Assembly (NCBI GenBank): GCA_965263355.1
Contig: CBDHHL010000056.1
Coordinates: 1-64,000 of the forward strand
From: Leptolyngbyaceae cyanobacterium
Lineage (GTDB): Bacteria; Cyanobacteriota; Cyanobacteriia; Phormidesmidales; Phormidesmidaceae
Direction of reading: 5' to 3'
DNA length: 64,000 nt
Under the pieces are notes generated by a model. That model was not told where the DNA came from. It searched no databases and worked only from the letters and a program-made list of their open reading frames with translations. Of the stretch, positions 19,066 to 29,457 are shown one piece after another; position 1 is the first letter of the stretch; each line of letters begins with the position of its first letter. Position numbers and translations under genes: made by a program.

Positions 19066-19731
19066 TTACTCCGAGTGGCGTTGCTCATTCAGCATTTTTT
19101 GTTTGACCGTAGCCTGCTGCATTAAAATTTCTGCATCTATACGTGCTCGTCTAGCTGCCCACACCCGATTAAAGGAAACAGCACCTGCTTCATGGGCAAT
19201 AATTTCGTCATCGTCGAGTCGTTTTGCGATCGCCAGCTGCCGTTTTCTTAATTCAACTTCTTTGGCGTTTACCGCTAATTCTTCTGGGGTGGGCTGTGGC
19301 AACCCTGCCCGCAATAATTCCTGGGCTTGAATTACCTTAATTTCGCAGTCGAGCTGAAATTTTTCGATGGCCAGCACATCTTGCAGCGTCGTGATGGCCA
19401 CTTCTTGATCTAATTTGGCCTGTTCATGAATGTACTTCGCAAAATCAGCCTGGAACTGCCGCAGTTCAAGTTCTTCTGCCGTCAGAATTGATGGAATTAT
19501 CGGCACTGAGCAAGTAGTTGGAACTGAATAAGTGCCAGGTAAGGCTCGGGCAATTAAACGGGAGTCTGATGCATTTAGAGCAGGCAATTGAGCCCCCCTT
19601 CTTTGCGCAGCCAACGTTGCCATACCTACCCCTGATATGACGACGATTAAAATCGCGATCAGTAGCGTTCTCAATAGCGTTCTCAATAATGTTGGTGCTA
19701 GCTTCCAGAATCTCTTCATGGTATTCATCAT
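19066..19731 (-). CDS. Hypothetical exported/membrane-anchored helical protein
   Basis: 221-aa ORF with N-terminal hydrophobic stretch; divergent from the CHAT gene. Confidence 0.65.
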   Translation of the reverse strand: MMNTMKRFWKLAPTLLRTLLRTLLIAILIVVISGVGMATLAAQRRGAQLPALNASDSRLIARALPGTYSVPTTCSVPIIPSILTAEELELRQFQADFAKYIHEQAKLDQEVAITTLQDVLAIEKFQLDCEIKVIQAQELLRAGLPQPTPEELAVNAKEVELRKRQLAIAKRLDDDEIIAHEAGAVSFNRVWAARRARIDAEILMQQATVKQKMLNEQRHSE

Positions 19732-19843
19732 CAGGGATATAAAGATATCAACGCGCTATCTATCTTCTAGTATTTTCAATATCCACCCAAGCCTTTCCTT
19801 ATGTTAATGCTTTGACACTGATACCTAGGCATCGGGCAGTAAA

Positions 19844-22519
19844 ATGCAGATGCGATGTTTTCCCCTATGCCCCATGTTCCTGAACTTTCGTAGATTACAG
19901 CTACGCAGATCACAGCTACGAAAATGGCTAGTCCTCCTCTGGGTAGCTAGCATTACCCTTTGCCTTTGGATCAGCGGTTTCTCAGCGCAACAGCGACTGG
20001 CCCAGGCGAATGATTTGCCGGCCCTGGTGCAAAGCGGTGTGGATGCCTATGGTGCCGGAAACTATAGGGAAGCGATCGCAACCTGGCAACAGGCATTAGA
20101 CCAGGTAGAGGCCGATAATCTTGCTGATCAAAGCATTTTGCTAGAAAATCTAGCCCGTGCCCATCGCCAAACCGGCCAGTTTTCTGAAGAAATTCGCCAT
20201 TGGGAACAGGTGATTCAGCGCCATGAAGACCTGGGCGATCTAACCGCCTTGGGTCGTGCCGTTACCGAACAGGCCCAGGCCTACAATCACCTGGGGCAGC
20301 ATCGCCGTGCCCTGGCTTTACTCTGTGGTGAAGCAGTTAGTGGTGAGGCGATCAGCGATACCAACAGTTGTTCCATGAGTAGTGCCCTGCACATTGCCCA
20401 GGCAACCACCGATACCATCGGCGAAGTCGCTGCTTTGGGCAGTTTAGGCGAAACCTACCGGCTCACCGGAGATTACGACCAGGCCATCATCACTTTGCAA
20501 CAGAGTCTGGCGATTGTGGGCGATGGAAATCCTCAGTTCCAGGCCGCTATCCTAAACAGTTTAGGAAATACCTATGGGGCCTTAGCTGAGGTTAGCCGCC
20601 GTCGGGCCCGCGCCTTAGCACAACGGGGAGACAGCCGGGGTGAAACAGTCTTAATGGCTGAAGCCGACAACCAAACCCAGCAAGCAATTGATTTTTTACA
20701 ACGCAGCAATGGTGTCGCCAGTCAGGCAGTGGACGCTCAGGTTCGGGCTCAGCTCAACCTGATTCCGTTATACCAGCGCTTGAACCAAACGGAGGCTGCC
20801 GCAGACGCGATGAAAACGGTGCAGCAGCTAATGATTAGTCTGCCAGCGTCTCAAGATAAAGCCTTTGCCATCCTCACCCTGGCCAGCTATCTCGATCAGG
20901 ACAGTCAAACCTGTCCCAACCAGACGGCTGCACAAATCCAGCTTTTGAATGAGGCCATTACCATCGCTAAAACAATTGCCAGTCCACGGTCTGAGTCCTT
21001 TGCCCTAGGACAGCTAGGCAATCTATATGAACGCTGTAACGATTATCCCAAGGCGCTGGAGCTGACCCAAAAAGCTCGCTTAATTGCCGACCAGGACCGG
21101 TCGTCCCAGGATAGTTTGTACCTGTGGGCATGGCAGCAGGGACGTATTCTTCAGGCCCAGGGTAAATCAACAGCGGCAGTGGCGGCCTACACCCAGGCGT
21201 TGAAAACCCTGGATGCTATTCGGAGCGACATTCTCAACGCCAATAAAGAACTCCAGTTTGACTTTCGCGATCGCGTCGAACCCATCTACCGAGAATTTGC
21301 CGCCCTTAATCTGAATGAGGTGCCCACGTCGGTGCCCATTGCCAGCAAAAATAAGGCTGTCGATCAGGTGTTGGATACCTTAGATTCTCTCAAGCTGGCG
21401 GAACTCCAAAACTACTTTGCCAATGACTGTGTGATTGTGGCCGGTGAGACTCGGGTGGATACGGTTAGCGAACAATCCGCCACGGCTGTCATCAGTACAG
21501 TCATCTGGAAAAATCGCACGGCGGTGATTGCAAGTTTCCCCGATGGACAACAACAGGTGGAATGGATCAACCTGGATGAACAACGCTTAACCGATGAAAT
21601 CAACACCTTTCGAATCGGCCTTGAGTCGGGGCGTTTTCTGACCCGTCGCAACAACTATGTAGCCCCCTCTCAAAAGCTTTATGACCTACTTGTGCGTCCG
21701 TTTGAGGCCAAACTCGATGCGTTACAGATTAACTCATTAGTATTCATCAATGATGGCATTTTGCGGAGTGTGCCCATGGCCGCTCTTTCCGATGGACAAC
21801 AGTTTTTAATTGAGAAATATGCCCTGGCTACAACACCGAGTTTAACCTTGACTGACCCCAATGCCCTCAATCGTAACAACTTAAATGCTTTAATTTTGGG
21901 ACTGAGTGAAGAATCGTCCGTGGGGAATGTGTTTTTTCCGCCCCTGGGCAAAGTAAAAGAAGAGGTGATTAACGTTAATGCCCAGTTTCCTGACAGTAAG
22001 ATCCTGGAGAATATGGCGTTCTCAGAAGACAACATGCGTCAGGCCCTGGCTGAGAACAGTTACAATATCTTGCACATTGCGACCCATGGGGTTTTTGGGG
22101 CAGCGCCTGAGGACAACTATATTGTTACTGGCCAAAAGCTAGATAACAAAAGCAATAAGGTAATCACCATCAGCGAACTGGACAACCTGATTCGCAGTGT
22201 TACCTCGGTAGATCAAGAGCCCATTGACTTGCTTACCCTGACTGCTTGTGAGACAGCCATTGGTGACAATCGGGCTACCCTGGGTCTGGCGGGGGTGGCT
22301 ATCCGGGCCGGGGTGAGGAGTGCGATCGCATCCCTATGGGCTGTTGATGATGCCGCCACGGCTAATTTGATTACCCGTTTTTACAGCTATCTGTCAGATC
22401 CCAACATTAGCAAAGCAGACGCCTTACGGTCTGCCCAGATCGAGGTAATTCAATCCGAAGGCTTTAATCAACATCCTTATTACTGGGCTCCGTTTATTTT
22501 GATTGGTAACTGGCTGTAA
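19844..22519 (+). CDS. TPR-repeat CHAT-domain (caspase-like) protein
   Basis: TPR repeats; LHIATHG, LTLTACETA, SLWAVDD, HPYYWAPFILIGNWL. Confidence 0.95.
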   Translation: MQMRCFPLCPMFLNFRRLQLRRSQLRKWLVLLWVASITLCLWISGFSAQQRLAQANDLPALVQSGVDAYGAGNYREAIATWQQALDQVEADNLADQSILLENLARAHRQTGQFSEEIRHWEQVIQRHEDLGDLTALGRAVTEQAQAYNHLGQHRRALALLCGEAVSGEAISDTNSCSMSSALHIAQATTDTIGEVAALGSLGETYRLTGDYDQAIITLQQSLAIVGDGNPQFQAAILNSLGNTYGALAEVSRRRARALAQRGDSRGETVLMAEADNQTQQAIDFLQRSNGVASQAVDAQVRAQLNLIPLYQRLNQTEAAADAMKTVQQLMISLPASQDKAFAILTLASYLDQDSQTCPNQTAAQIQLLNEAITIAKTIASPRSESFALGQLGNLYERCNDYPKALELTQKARLIADQDRSSQDSLYLWAWQQGRILQAQGKSTAAVAAYTQALKTLDAIRSDILNANKELQFDFRDRVEPIYREFAALNLNEVPTSVPIASKNKAVDQVLDTLDSLKLAELQNYFANDCVIVAGETRVDTVSEQSATAVISTVIWKNRTAVIASFPDGQQQVEWINLDEQRLTDEINTFRIGLESGRFLTRRNNYVAPSQKLYDLLVRPFEAKLDALQINSLVFINDGILRSVPMAALSDGQQFLIEKYALATTPSLTLTDPNALNRNNLNALILGLSEESSVGNVFFPPLGKVKEEVINVNAQFPDSKILENMAFSEDNMRQALAENSYNILHIATHGVFGAAPEDNYIVTGQKLDNKSNKVITISELDNLIRSVTSVDQEPIDLLTLTACETAIGDNRATLGLAGVAIRAGVRSAIASLWAVDDAATANLITRFYSYLSDPNISKADALRSAQIEVIQSEGFNQHPYYWAPFILIGNWL

Positions 22520-22601
22520 GAGATATCAACACAAAGTGGGATGATTTCTCTAGTAGTCTGTCAAACCTAATTCCAAACTCCGAATTAAGTCCTTAGAAAT
22601 A

Positions 22602-22632
22602 CCCCCTTGTTATTGGCTCAATAACAAGGGGG
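22602..22632. terminator. Hairpin between convergent genes
   Basis: CCCCCTTGTTATTG-GCT-CAATAACAAGGGGG, perfect 14-bp stem. Confidence 0.75.
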
Positions 22633-22720
22633 CTGTCAATGTCAACACACTTAGTTTAGAGGTTTGCTCATCTTGCCATGAGACCGTGTCGTTAATAGCG
22701 CACGGTCTCTACAAACTGTC

Positions 22721-25228
22721 CTAGACAAACACAAAGTCTGCACTGATGATGACGTTTGTAGTGTCTTGAACAACACCGACAACATCACTGCCGTAGTAGA
22801 TCAACGTGTCAGTGGCGTTAGTACCCTCCCAGTCAGCGTAGCCTAAGGAGTAGTCACTGGCATTACCATAGACTTGGATTTTATCTCCTTCAGCCCAGTA
22901 GAAGTCCTGAATAGTAGCATATCCAAAGCCTTGGTAGTAGGCTCCGAAAGCGTCTCCAAGGACAAATAGGTCAGCACCATCATTTGCACCTTGTACGCCG
23001 GGGGTAGAGGAGCTAAAGTCACCACTCAAGAAGTCGTACTCGTACTCGTTACCACCGTATCCATTGAGGATATCATCGCCGCTGTCGCCTAGGAGCGTAT
23101 CATCGCCAGTACCGCCCAAGAGCGAATCATAACCGGAACCACCATTGAGGGTATCATCGCCCGCTTCGCCATTGAGAGTGTCATTGCCAGAGCCACCACT
23201 CATGTAGTCGTCGCCGTAGTAACCATACATAAAGTCGTCACCGCTGCCGCCATACATGAAGTCGTCACCGTTCCAGCCATCCATGTAGTCATTGCCGCTC
23301 TCACCGTACATGGAGTCACCCCCATTGCCACCATAGAGAGAGTCATTGCCGTACCAACCATACAGCAGGTCATGACCAGCGCCACCATAGACAGAGTCAT
23401 CCCCATTGCCACCATCGATGGTGTCATTCCCCGCTTCGCCGTAGATAGCATCGTGGCCATCGTAACCATGGAGATAATTGTCTTCATCGTTGCCGTAGAT
23501 GACATTGTTCAGGGCATTTCCATAACCATTTAGAGCAGAGCCCGCCAGGGTTAAGTTTTCCACATTACTCTCTAAGGTGTAGCTGATGTAGGAAGTAACC
23601 TCGTCGATACCTGAGCTGCTGCTTTCATAAACCGTGTCACCAATGTTATCGACTACATAGGAGTCATTGCCAGAGCCACCACCCATGTAATCACTACCGG
23701 AACCACCATTGAGGGTATCATCGCCCGCTTCACCATAGAGAGTGTCGTTGCCAGAGCCACCACTCATGTAGTCATCGCCGTAGTAGCCATACATGATGTC
23801 GTCACCGCTGCCGCCATACATGGAGTCGTCACCGTTCCAGCCATCCATGTAGTCATTGCCGCTCTCACCGTACATGGAGTCACCCCCATTGCCACCGTAG
23901 AGAGAGTCATTGCCATACCAGCCGTACAGCAGGTCATGACCAACGCCACCATAGACAGAGTCATCCCCATTGCCACCATCGATGGTGTCATTCCCCGCTT
24001 CGCCGTAGATAGCATCGTGGCCATCGTAACCATGGAGATAATTGTCTTCATCGTTGCCGTAGATGACATTGTTCAGGGCATTACCATAGCCATTTAGAGC
24101 AGAGCCCGCCAGGGTCAAGTTCTCCACATTACTCCCTAAGGTGTAGCTGATGTAAGAAGTAACCTCGTCGATACCTGAGCTGCTGCTTTCATAAACCGTG
24201 TCACCGATGTTATCGACTACATAGGAGTCATTGCCAGAGCCACCACCCATGTAATCACTACCGGAACCACCATTGAGGGTATCATCGCCCGCTTCACCAT
24301 AGAGAGTGTCGTTGCCAGAGCCACCACTCATGTAGTCATCGCCGTAGTAACCATACATGAAGTCGTCACCGCTGCCGCCATACATGGAGTCGTCACCGTT
24401 CCAGCCATCCATGTAGTCATTGCCGCTCTCACCGTACATGGAGTCACCCCCATTGCCACCGTAGAGAGAGTCATTGCCGTACCAGCCGTACAGCAGGTCA
24501 TGACCCGTGCCACCATAGACAGAGTCATCCCCATTGCCACCATCGATGGTGTCATTCCCCGCTTCGCCGTAGATAGCATCGTGGCCATCGTAACCATGGA
24601 GATAATTGTCTTCATCGTTGCCGTAGATGACATTGTTCAGGGCATTTCCATAGCCATTTAGAGCAGAGCCCGCCAGGGTTAAGTTCTCAACATTACTTCC
24701 TAAGGTGTAGCTGATGTAGGAAGTAACCTCGTCGATACCTGAGCTGCTGCTTTCATAAACCGTGTCACCAATGTTATCGACTACATAGGAGTCATTGCCA
24801 GAGCCACCACCCATGTAATCACTACCGGAACCACCATTGAGGGTATCATCGCCCGCTTCACCATAGAGAGTGTCGTTGCCAGAACCACCACTCATGTAGT
24901 CGTCGCCGTAGTAGCCATACATGATGTCGTCACCGCTGCCGCCATACATGGAGTCGTCACCGTTCCAACCATCCATGTAGTCATTGCCACTCTCACCGTA
25001 CATGGAGTCATCTCCATTACCACCGTAGAGAGAGTCATTGCCATACCAGCCGTACATTAGGTCATTACCCGTGCCACCATAGACAGAGTCATCCCCATTA
25101 CCCCCATCAAGCGTGTCATTGCCTTCTAAGCCGTAGATAGAGTCGTCACCATTATTACCGAAGATGTAGTTGTTGAGAGTGTTGCCAACTAGGTAGTCGT
25201 TAAAGATGGTTCCGTAGATATTTGTCAT
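22721..25228 (-). CDS. RTX/hemolysin-type calcium-binding repeat protein
   Basis: Almost entirely GGxGxDxLx nonapeptides with NVENLTL spacer modules. Confidence 0.93.
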   Translation of the reverse strand: MTNIYGTIFNDYLVGNTLNNYIFGNNGDDSIYGLEGNDTLDGGNGDDSVYGGTGNDLMYGWYGNDSLYGGNGDDSMYGESGNDYMDGWNGDDSMYGGSGDDIMYGYYGDDYMSGGSGNDTLYGEAGDDTLNGGSGSDYMGGGSGNDSYVVDNIGDTVYESSSSGIDEVTSYISYTLGSNVENLTLAGSALNGYGNALNNVIYGNDEDNYLHGYDGHDAIYGEAGNDTIDGGNGDDSVYGGTGHDLLYGWYGNDSLYGGNGGDSMYGESGNDYMDGWNGDDSMYGGSGDDFMYGYYGDDYMSGGSGNDTLYGEAGDDTLNGGSGSDYMGGGSGNDSYVVDNIGDTVYESSSSGIDEVTSYISYTLGSNVENLTLAGSALNGYGNALNNVIYGNDEDNYLHGYDGHDAIYGEAGNDTIDGGNGDDSVYGGVGHDLLYGWYGNDSLYGGNGGDSMYGESGNDYMDGWNGDDSMYGGSGDDIMYGYYGDDYMSGGSGNDTLYGEAGDDTLNGGSGSDYMGGGSGNDSYVVDNIGDTVYESSSSGIDEVTSYISYTLESNVENLTLAGSALNGYGNALNNVIYGNDEDNYLHGYDGHDAIYGEAGNDTIDGGNGDDSVYGGAGHDLLYGWYGNDSLYGGNGGDSMYGESGNDYMDGWNGDDFMYGGSGDDFMYGYYGDDYMSGGSGNDTLNGEAGDDTLNGGSGYDSLLGGTGDDTLLGDSGDDILNGYGGNEYEYDFLSGDFSSSTPGVQGANDGADLFVLGDAFGAYYQGFGYATIQDFYWAEGDKIQVYGNASDYSLGYADWEGTNATDTLIYYGSDVVGVVQDTTNVIISADFVFV
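23130..25100. repeat. Near-identical 564-bp tandem repeats (~3.5 units) inside the RTX gene
   Basis: GAGCAGAGCCCGCCAGGG recurs at 23533, 24097 and 24661; shadow ORFs recur at 23200, 23764 and 24328; boundaries approximate. Confidence 0.93.
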
Positions 25229-25620
25229 TGTTTTTCCCTCTCAGTCAGTTAGATTTAATTGGGTTTCTCAACCCGAACAACTTAAGAATAATTAGACTGA
25301 ACAGCTGAAGGCAGAGGGATTCCAGCAAACCTAACAGAAAGAATTGGTATGTTGGCTTGCAGAAAAATGTATGGCTCCACAGAGGTTTCTCCCAGCAATG
25401 TACCGAACGTAATGTTGTGGGACGGTTTGGAGTGAGAGGCGTTTAAGGGAATCAAAGAGACTTAATCAGCGACAAAAAAATGGTTTAACCATAGGGATTC
25501 TTAAAAGCATTGAATATATCTCATACACTACTTGCTGCTCACTATTTACCTACAAACCGGTCTGCATGCGTATCAATCGGGAGTCGCTATATAAGTAAAT
25601 TGTCTTGTAGCCCACTTGAC

Positions 25621-25640
25621 ATTTCAACCTGGATTGAAAT
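25621..25640. promoter_or_regulatory. ArsR-type operator overlapping a sigma70-like promoter
   Basis: ATTTCAA-CCTGGA-TTGAAAT (TCAA-N6-TTGA) directly after TTGACA at 25616-25621, upstream of gap-arsJ. Confidence 0.65.
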
Positions 25641-25678
25641 AATTAAGATATAGTTTTGCAAGGTTTTATAGCTAGGGT

Positions 25679-26683
25679 ATGGCAAAAATTGCAATCAACG
25701 GCTTTGGCAGAATTGGTCGTCTGGTGTTACGTGCTGCCTGGCCACACTTGGATTTTGTCCACATTAACGAAATCCAAGGCGGTAGCGCTGCGGCTGCCCA
25801 TCTATTAAAGTTTGATTCCGTTCACGGACGTTGGGCTCCAGAGGTGGAAGCCGTTGGCGATGACCGTATCCTAATTGATGGCAAAGGCCTGAGCTTTAGT
25901 GCCCATGCTACGCCGGGGGATGTCCCCTGGGATGACCTTGGTATCGATATTGTTTTAGAATGCTCTGGTAAGTTTCGCACACCCGAGCTACTAGACGCTT
26001 ACTTCAAACGGGGTGTGCAAAAAGTGATCGTTGCGGCCCCCGTTAAACAGGGCGCGCTCAATATCGTTTATGGCATCAACGATCACCTCTACAAGCCAGA
26101 TGAGCATCATTTGCTGACCGCTGCATCCTGTACGACTAACTGTCTAGCCCCTGTGGTCAAAGTGATTAAGGAGGGGTTAGGCATACACCATGGGGTGATC
26201 ACTACCATCCACGACCAAACCAACACCCAAACCATTGTCGATAAACCCCATAAAGACTTGCGTCGGGCTAGGGCCACTGGCATGTCACTGATTCCCACCA
26301 CTACCGGGTCAGCTACCGCCATTACCATGATCTATCCCGAACTTAAGGGTAAACTCAATGGCCTGGCTGTGCGGGTCCCCTTGCTAAATGCCTCACTGAC
26401 CGACTGTGTGTTTGAGGTATCGCGCCCCACTACTGTCGAAGAGGTCAATCAGCTGTTAAAGACCGCTGCAGAGGGAGAGCTGAAGGGCATTCTGGGGTAT
26501 GAAGAGCGGCCTTTGGTTTCAGTTGATTATAAGGATGATCCTCGGTCATCGATTATTGACGCCCTCTCCACCATGGTGGTGGATGGCACCCAGGTGAAGA
26601 TACTTGCCTGGTATGACAACGAGTGGGGATATTCCTGCCGCATGGCGGAGTTAGCCCAAAAGGTGGCCAGTTTGCTCCCATAG
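25679..26683 (+). CDS. gap: ArsJ-associated glyceraldehyde-3-phosphate dehydrogenase
   Basis: [28 protein letters not shown]; directly upstream of arsJ. Confidence 0.95.
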   Translation: MAKIAINGFGRIGRLVLRAAWPHLDFVHINEIQGGSAAAAHLLKFDSVHGRWAPEVEAVGDDRILIDGKGLSFSAHATPGDVPWDDLGIDIVLECSGKFRTPELLDAYFKRGVQKVIVAAPVKQGALNIVYGINDHLYKPDEHHLLTAASCTTNCLAPVVKVIKEGLGIHHGVITTIHDQTNTQTIVDKPHKDLRRARATGMSLIPTTTGSATAITMIYPELKGKLNGLAVRVPLLNASLTDCVFEVSRPTTVEEVNQLLKTAAEGELKGILGYEERPLVSVDYKDDPRSSIIDALSTMVVDGTQVKILAWYDNEWGYSCRMAELAQKVASLLP

Positions 26684-26755
26684 TTTTGTTTTCTTGCTGT
26701 GCTCTCAATACCAACCATCAGGGTCTTTTCCAAAATCAGGGTCTTTTTCAAAATC

Positions 26756-28009
26756 ATGAATTCTTCTACCACGTTTGATCGGACTGGTGTCCGTAACTAT
26801 GCCATTGTGACCGCCGCCTACTGGGGCTTTACGGTTACTGACGGGGCACTGCGCATGCTGGTGCTGCTCTATTTTCACACCCTGGGCTACACGCCTTTGG
26901 AAGTGGCGATGTTGTTTCTGTTCTATGAAATTTTTGGCATTGTCACTAATTTGTTTGGCGGTTGGATTGGCTCTCGCTTTGGGGTCAAACTCACGCTATA
27001 TAGCGGCATTGTCCTGCAGATTTTGGCATTGCTGATGCTAACGCCAGTCAATGATACCTGGGCCATTGCCCTGGCGGTTCCCTATGTGATGGTGGCGCAA
27101 GCGATTTCAGGCATAGCGAAAGATCTGACCAAGATGAGTTCTAAAAGCGCAATTCGTTTGGTGATTCCTCAAAATGCCCAGTCGTCTTTGTTTAAATGGG
27201 TGGCTATTTTGACGGGGTCTAAGAATGCGCTCAAGGGTGTGGGCTTTTTTGTCGGCAGCCTGCTGTTGTCGGCATTTGGCTATGTGAATGCTTTATTAAT
27301 AATGGCGGCAGGGTTGCTGGTAGTCCTTGTGTCAGGGCGATGGTTACCGTCAGGTATGGGTAAGGTTAAGGCTAAGGTCAAGTTTAAGCAACTGTTTTCT
27401 AAAAGTCAGGAAATTAACATTCTCTCGGCAGCGCGATTTTTTCTGTTTGGGGCGCGAGATGTCTGGTTTGTCGTCGGGTTACCTGTATTTCTCTACGGTA
27501 GTTTGAAATGGTCCTTTGAGCAGGTGGGTGGCTTTTTAGCAATTTGGGTGATTGGCTATGGTTTGGTTCAATCCCTGGCTCCTACATTTTTGCAAAAATT
27601 TGGTTCAGGTCGTCCTCCCCAAGCTGGCACGATTCGATTTTGGACCAGTTTCTTAACCGCAATTCCCGCGTCGATTGCGTTGGCTCTTCAGTTAGGGCAG
27701 CCAGCAGGACAAACCATTGTGTTGGGGCTATTGGTCTTTGGCATTGTGTTTGCCTTTAATTCATCTGTCCATTCCTATCTGGTACTGGCCTACACAGACG
27801 ATGACAAAGTGGCGCTCAATGTTGGCTTTTACTATATGGCTAATGCCGGTGGTCGTTTGGCTGGAACGGTACTTTCGGGGTTAATGTTTCAGCTTTATGG
27901 GCTGGTGGGTTGCCTGTGGGTGTCCACCCTGTTTGTGCTAATGGCAGCGTTGATTACGTTGAAACTGCCTAATCCCAAAGTTAGTCAAAAACTTGTAGCC
28001 AATATGTGA
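26756..28009 (+). CDS. arsJ: Organoarsenical (1-arseno-3-phosphoglycerate) efflux MFS permease
   Basis: YWGFTVTDGALRMLVL, KDLTKMSSKSAI, LTGSKNALKG, FLFGARDVWFVVGLP; likely ATG at 26756. Confidence 0.93.
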   Translation: MNSSTTFDRTGVRNYAIVTAAYWGFTVTDGALRMLVLLYFHTLGYTPLEVAMLFLFYEIFGIVTNLFGGWIGSRFGVKLTLYSGIVLQILALLMLTPVNDTWAIALAVPYVMVAQAISGIAKDLTKMSSKSAIRLVIPQNAQSSLFKWVAILTGSKNALKGVGFFVGSLLLSAFGYVNALLIMAAGLLVVLVSGRWLPSGMGKVKAKVKFKQLFSKSQEINILSAARFFLFGARDVWFVVGLPVFLYGSLKWSFEQVGGFLAIWVIGYGLVQSLAPTFLQKFGSGRPPQAGTIRFWTSFLTAIPASIALALQLGQPAGQTIVLGLLVFGIVFAFNSSVHSYLVLAYTDDDKVALNVGFYYMANAGGRLAGTVLSGLMFQLYGLVGCLWVSTLFVLMAALITLKLPNPKVSQKLVANM

Positions 28010-28017
28010 GGTAGCTG

Positions 28018-28284
28018 ATAACTGGTAATTCTTCTTAAGTCCCGCTCGTTCGGGCTGGGGGAGAGTTAACTATAGGCGAGTAGTCATTTTGAGGTTGCGA
28101 TCGCAACTTCCGTCAAGCTCTTCGGCTTCAATTCTGGTGCCGCCCTGGCAACCGTAATCGGCTGATCGAGGTACCGGTTATGATAATGTTAGTGTCGTTC
28201 TGTAAGCGCACTGCCTTTTGGTTTTTCCGCAAACCCCAAAAAGCGACCTTACCCGATCCCTGCTGTATCCGTTCTCAACCGTAG
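28018..28284 (+). pseudogene. acr3: Internally deleted, frameshifted ACR3 arsenite transporter
   Basis: Fragments translate as VRAGGELT (N-terminus-like), then ASSHFEVAIATSVKLFGFNSGAALATVIG and LIEVPVMIMLVSFCKRTAFWF (ACR3 C-terminus), in different frames. Confidence 0.85.
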
Positions 28285-28290
28285 CTAGGT

Positions 28291-28746
28291 ATGCCAGAGT
28301 CTCCCTTGCCTGCCATTCCATGGTGGATAATTCCCGAACGTCTTGCTGGGTCGCACAAACCCACAGCAGAAGAGCTGACCGTATTAAAAGAAAAGGGCAT
28401 CAGCGCCATTGTTTCAGTCCTCAGCGATGACTCTAATCTAGACCTGTATCAGCAGAGCAACATGCCCCACATCTGGGTGCCTATTTTGGGGGGGACCGCA
28501 CCCAGTTTGGAGCAGATCGACCAAATTAAGACCTTTGTCGATGACCAAAACCAGTTAGGCAATGCCGTGGCTATCCATTGCTCCGGTGGTCGACGTCGTA
28601 CGGGTACTGTCCTGGCAGCGTTACTAATAAAAGAAGGAAACAGTTACGAAAAAGCGCTGAATATCATTTTGACCGCTAACCCATATATTGATTTGAGTGA
28701 CACACAAACTACGTTTTTAAAGAGTCTCTTGAATTACAAACGTTAA
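28291..28746 (+). CDS. Dual-specificity/tyrosine phosphatase family protein (ars operon associated)
   Basis: CX5R motif HCSGGRRRTG. Confidence 0.88.
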   Translation: MPESPLPAIPWWIIPERLAGSHKPTAEELTVLKEKGISAIVSVLSDDSNLDLYQQSNMPHIWVPILGGTAPSLEQIDQIKTFVDDQNQLGNAVAIHCSGGRRRTGTVLAALLIKEGNSYEKALNIILTANPYIDLSDTQTTFLKSLLNYKR

Positions 28747-29457
28747 TGGACAAATGCTACAGTTGCTGGCGCTTGATTCTCGGTGAATGCTAAATACCCT
28801 AGCTAGAAAAATCTAAGGCGTTTAGGTAAATATCAAGAAAGGTTGCAATCTTGTACTGCGTCATAGGTTTTACCAGGATTTTACAATTGTCTGCTTTAAT
28901 AAAATCATTCCTTAGAGAAAGTTAATCCAATTTTCTCATCTGTCTTTGTAGCAATTAAGTATCCATGCAAAATCCTTTACAGAGCAATTTTTTGAATGTC
29001 TAAGCAAAATCAGGTATTTCAAGCAAAGTCTTTTGTAATCAATTTTGTATACCTACTAATACTTGGGTATGGATAAAAGAAAAAGCTTGGAAAATAAGAT
29101 GATTTCCAGCGAGAGTTCTAGTAAAAGCAGCTTCTTTGAGCTTTAGTCTCATGGTTCGCTCATTTTTTTTAGTGGTTTCAAGAAATACAGAAACGCTACA
29201 TGTAGTGTAAATCCGATCTATTCTTTCAGTTGCCTGATTAGTCAGGGATACGGAGGCAAAAACTCATGGTTTTGCTTATTTGTCAATAGACCTGAAAACC
29301 CATTGTCTTCGTCGTATTTTTGAAACTCTCCTAAATTTAAGCGAACCGTAAGTTTAGTCTCGCTGGTTAAGCGGAGCAAGCGTTCCAATTTTTTTCTCAA
29401 AACTGCCACTAAATTTGGTAGGCTTGCCTTTTTTTGCTGCTACCACCTTATAGACAC

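Noticed and set aside
23200..24633. Three near-identical 101-aa Met/Thr-rich ORFs
   Set aside because: Alternative-frame shadows of the 564-bp RTX repeats
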